A program made the translations under genes and the position numbers. From NCBI GenBank assembly GCA_050014095.1, contig JBEKDZ010000003.1:215700-279699 (forward strand): a stretch of DNA of 64,000 nucleotides, in the 5' to 3' direction. The stretch is from Dehalococcoidales bacterium. Lineage in GTDB: Bacteria; Chloroflexota; Dehalococcoidia; Dehalococcoidales; RBG-16-60-22. Position 1 is the stretch's first letter, and each line of letters begins with the position of its first letter. The notes under the pieces were generated by a model that saw only the letters and a list, made by a program, of their open reading frames with translations, ran no database searches and was not told the origin of the DNA. Below are positions 62,465-64,000 of this stretch, piece after piece.

Positions 62465-63013
62465 ATGAAGAACAACCACAATACATATATCCATTCTCGG
62501 CGCTCAATCAGGCTTAAAGGTTACGATTATTCTCAATCCGGAGCATATTTCGTTACCATTGTCACCCATCAAAGGATATTATTATTTGGAGATATAACAA
62601 ACCCCGTAGGAGCGAATTTAAAACCTTTCCTTACCCTGAATCAATATGGAGAGATAGTACAAACATCCTGGTATGATATTCCTAATCATTATTCCAATAT
62701 TTTATTAGATTCTTTTATCATCATGCCAAATCATGTTCACGGGATAATTATGATTAATAATCCTGTAGGGGCGGGTTTAAAACCCGCCCCTACGAAAAAT
62801 CATCCCCTTTCTGAAATCATTCGCGCGTTTAAAACATTTTCCGCCAGGCGTATTAACGAAATACATAAAACATCTAGCGTACCCATATGGCAACGTAACT
62901 ATTATGAGCGTATCATTAGAGACGAAAAAGAACTCAACTTAATACGTGAATATATTGAAAACAATATCATTAGGTGGGAATCCGATAAAGAAAATCTAAA
63001 ATCTATCCATTGA
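62465..63013 (+). mobile_element. REP-associated tyrosine transposase (RAYT, IS200-like HUH Y1 family, COG1943)
   Basis: SIRLKGYDYSQSGAYFVT, HUH motif MPNHVHGII, catalytic-Tyr region WQRNYYERIIRDEKELNLIREYIENN. No IS ends recognised. Confidence 0.8.
62765..62793 (+). repeat. GC-rich hairpin inside the RAYT ORF
   Basis: GTAGGGGCGGG-tttaaaa-CCCGCCCCTAC (11-bp stem) encodes VGAGLKPAPT. A decayed copy GTAGGAGCGAATTTAAAACCTTTCCTTAC lies at about 62606-62634 and encodes VGANLKPFLT. Confidence 0.8.
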
Positions 63014-63040
63014 AACTAAAAGACGTCGTAAAAAAACCAA

Positions 63041-64000
63041 CTACACTCGCTGCGCCATCTGGTAGGACTTGCCCTCGGTGACGATGGACGGCGCGATGAC
63101 CATCTCGGCTTTATGGAACTCTTTGATATTGGCGGCGCCACAAAAGCCCATCGCCGTACGTAAAGCCCCGACGAAGTTTTCCGTGCCGTGGACGACTGAT
63201 GTAGGGCCGAAGAGCAGCTTTTCCAGCGTGGTATTCGTTCCGACTTTTATGCGTGTACCTCTTGGCAACGCGGGGTGGGGATGAGACATGCCCCAGTGAT
63301 AGCCGCGTCCGGGGGCTTCCTTTGTCTGGGCGATGGGTGAACCTATCATCACCGCGTCCGTGCCAGCGGCAAAAGCTTTACAGATATCCCCGCCTTTGCG
63401 CAGACCGCCGTCGGTAATAATCGGGATATACTTACCGGATTCCTGGTAATATACATCTCTGGCCGCCGCGCAATCGATAGTAGCGGTTATCTGCGGAACA
63501 CCGACCCCGAGCACTTCCCTTGAGGTACAGGCGGCTCCGGGACCGACGCCAACCAGCACGCCGGCAATACCTGTTCTCATGAGCTCCAGGCAGGCCGTAT
63601 AGCTAACACAGTTGCCGACAACAATCGGCATTTTAATCTGCTTGACCATTTCCGAGAATATTAAGCCGCGGTAGCTCTTGGAAATATGACGGGCGCTGGT
63701 AACGGTGGACTGCACTACCAGTATATCGCCGCCGGCTTCCACTACGACTGGCGCCAGGCGCTTGGTGTTGGCCGGTATCAGCGAAATAGCGCAGATGGCA
63801 CCGGCTTGTTTAATCGCCCTTACCCTATCGCCAACCAGGTTATCTTTAATCGGCTCTTTATATACCTTTTGCAACAAAGCGGTAACTTCGGCATCGGAAG
63901 CTTTAGCGATTTTATCCAGAATCTCATCGGGATTGGCATAGCGTGCCTGGATGCCATCCAGATTGAGAACGCCGAGTCCTCCCAGCTTGTTTATCTGGAT
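63041..64000 (-). CDS. IMP dehydrogenase-family protein (GuaB3-like, no CBS insert seen); 5' end outside the window
   Basis: GVGPGAACTSREVLGVGVPQ, ITDGGLRKGGD, MIGSPIA. The frame stays open upstream to 64000 (…LGGLGVLNLDGIQARY…). Confidence 0.8.
   Translation of the reverse strand: MQINKLGGLGVLNLDGIQARYANPDEILDKIAKASDAEVTALLQKVYKEPIKDNLVGDRVRAIKQAGAICAISLIPANTKRLAPVVVEAGGDILVVQSTVTSARHISKSYRGLIFSEMVKQIKMPIVVGNCVSYTACLELMRTGIAGVLVGVGPGAACTSREVLGVGVPQITATIDCAAARDVYYQESGKYIPIITDGGLRKGGDICKAFAAGTDAVMIGSPIAQTKEAPGRGYHWGMSHPHPALPRGTRIKVGTNTTLEKLLFGPTSVVHGTENFVGALRTAMGFCGAANIKEFHKAEMVIAPSIVTEGKSYQMAQRV

Overview
This is a 64-kb chromosomal segment with mid-range GC. Its gene content and order resemble an anaerobic Chloroflexota (Dehalococcoidia-like) genome; that placement is inference only, since no search was possible. 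Every call rests on motif recognition in the supplied translations and on manual reading of the DNA.

Most of the window is housekeeping:
- a liv-type branched-chain amino-acid ABC importer
- pepA and the Moco genes mobA-moeA-mobB
- rnc and ribE-ribBA-ribH
- the conserved thrS-infC-rpmI-rplT-pheS-pheT block
- proS and ispG-rseP-dxr
- arsenic genes (acr3, arsM) and bioY
- two tRNAs, Leu-UAG and Gln-CUG

Non-routine content:
1. A glutaredoxin-PDZ fusion (57357..57881, minus strand) has an in-frame TGA exactly where the first Cys of the CxxC motif belongs. A perfect 7-bp hairpin follows 15 nt downstream, making this a candidate selenoprotein that the ORF track truncates.
2. Between about 31.2 and 52.7 kb nearly every intergenic gap is filled with nested short palindromic hairpin repeats of several families. 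In two places the repeats are bracketed by 25-27-nt direct repeats that look like insertion footprints.
3. A RAYT-type (IS200-like, HUH) transposase carries a GC-rich hairpin inside its own ORF. A DUF559 endonuclease gene is embedded in the hairpin repeats.
4. A 1063-aa surface protein has six IPT/TIG-like repeats of 264/261 bp (the core of the two I aligned is about 97% identical) plus a divergent seventh, then a TM helix and an unknown cytoplasmic domain.
5. An AAA+ (ChlI/MoxR-like) gene, a vWA gene and a degenerate secretion-ATPase-like gene form a trio. They are followed by a serine-recombinase C-terminal remnant that reads into the 3' end of tRNA-Leu.

I saw no CRISPR array, rRNA, intact prophage or recognisable riboswitch.
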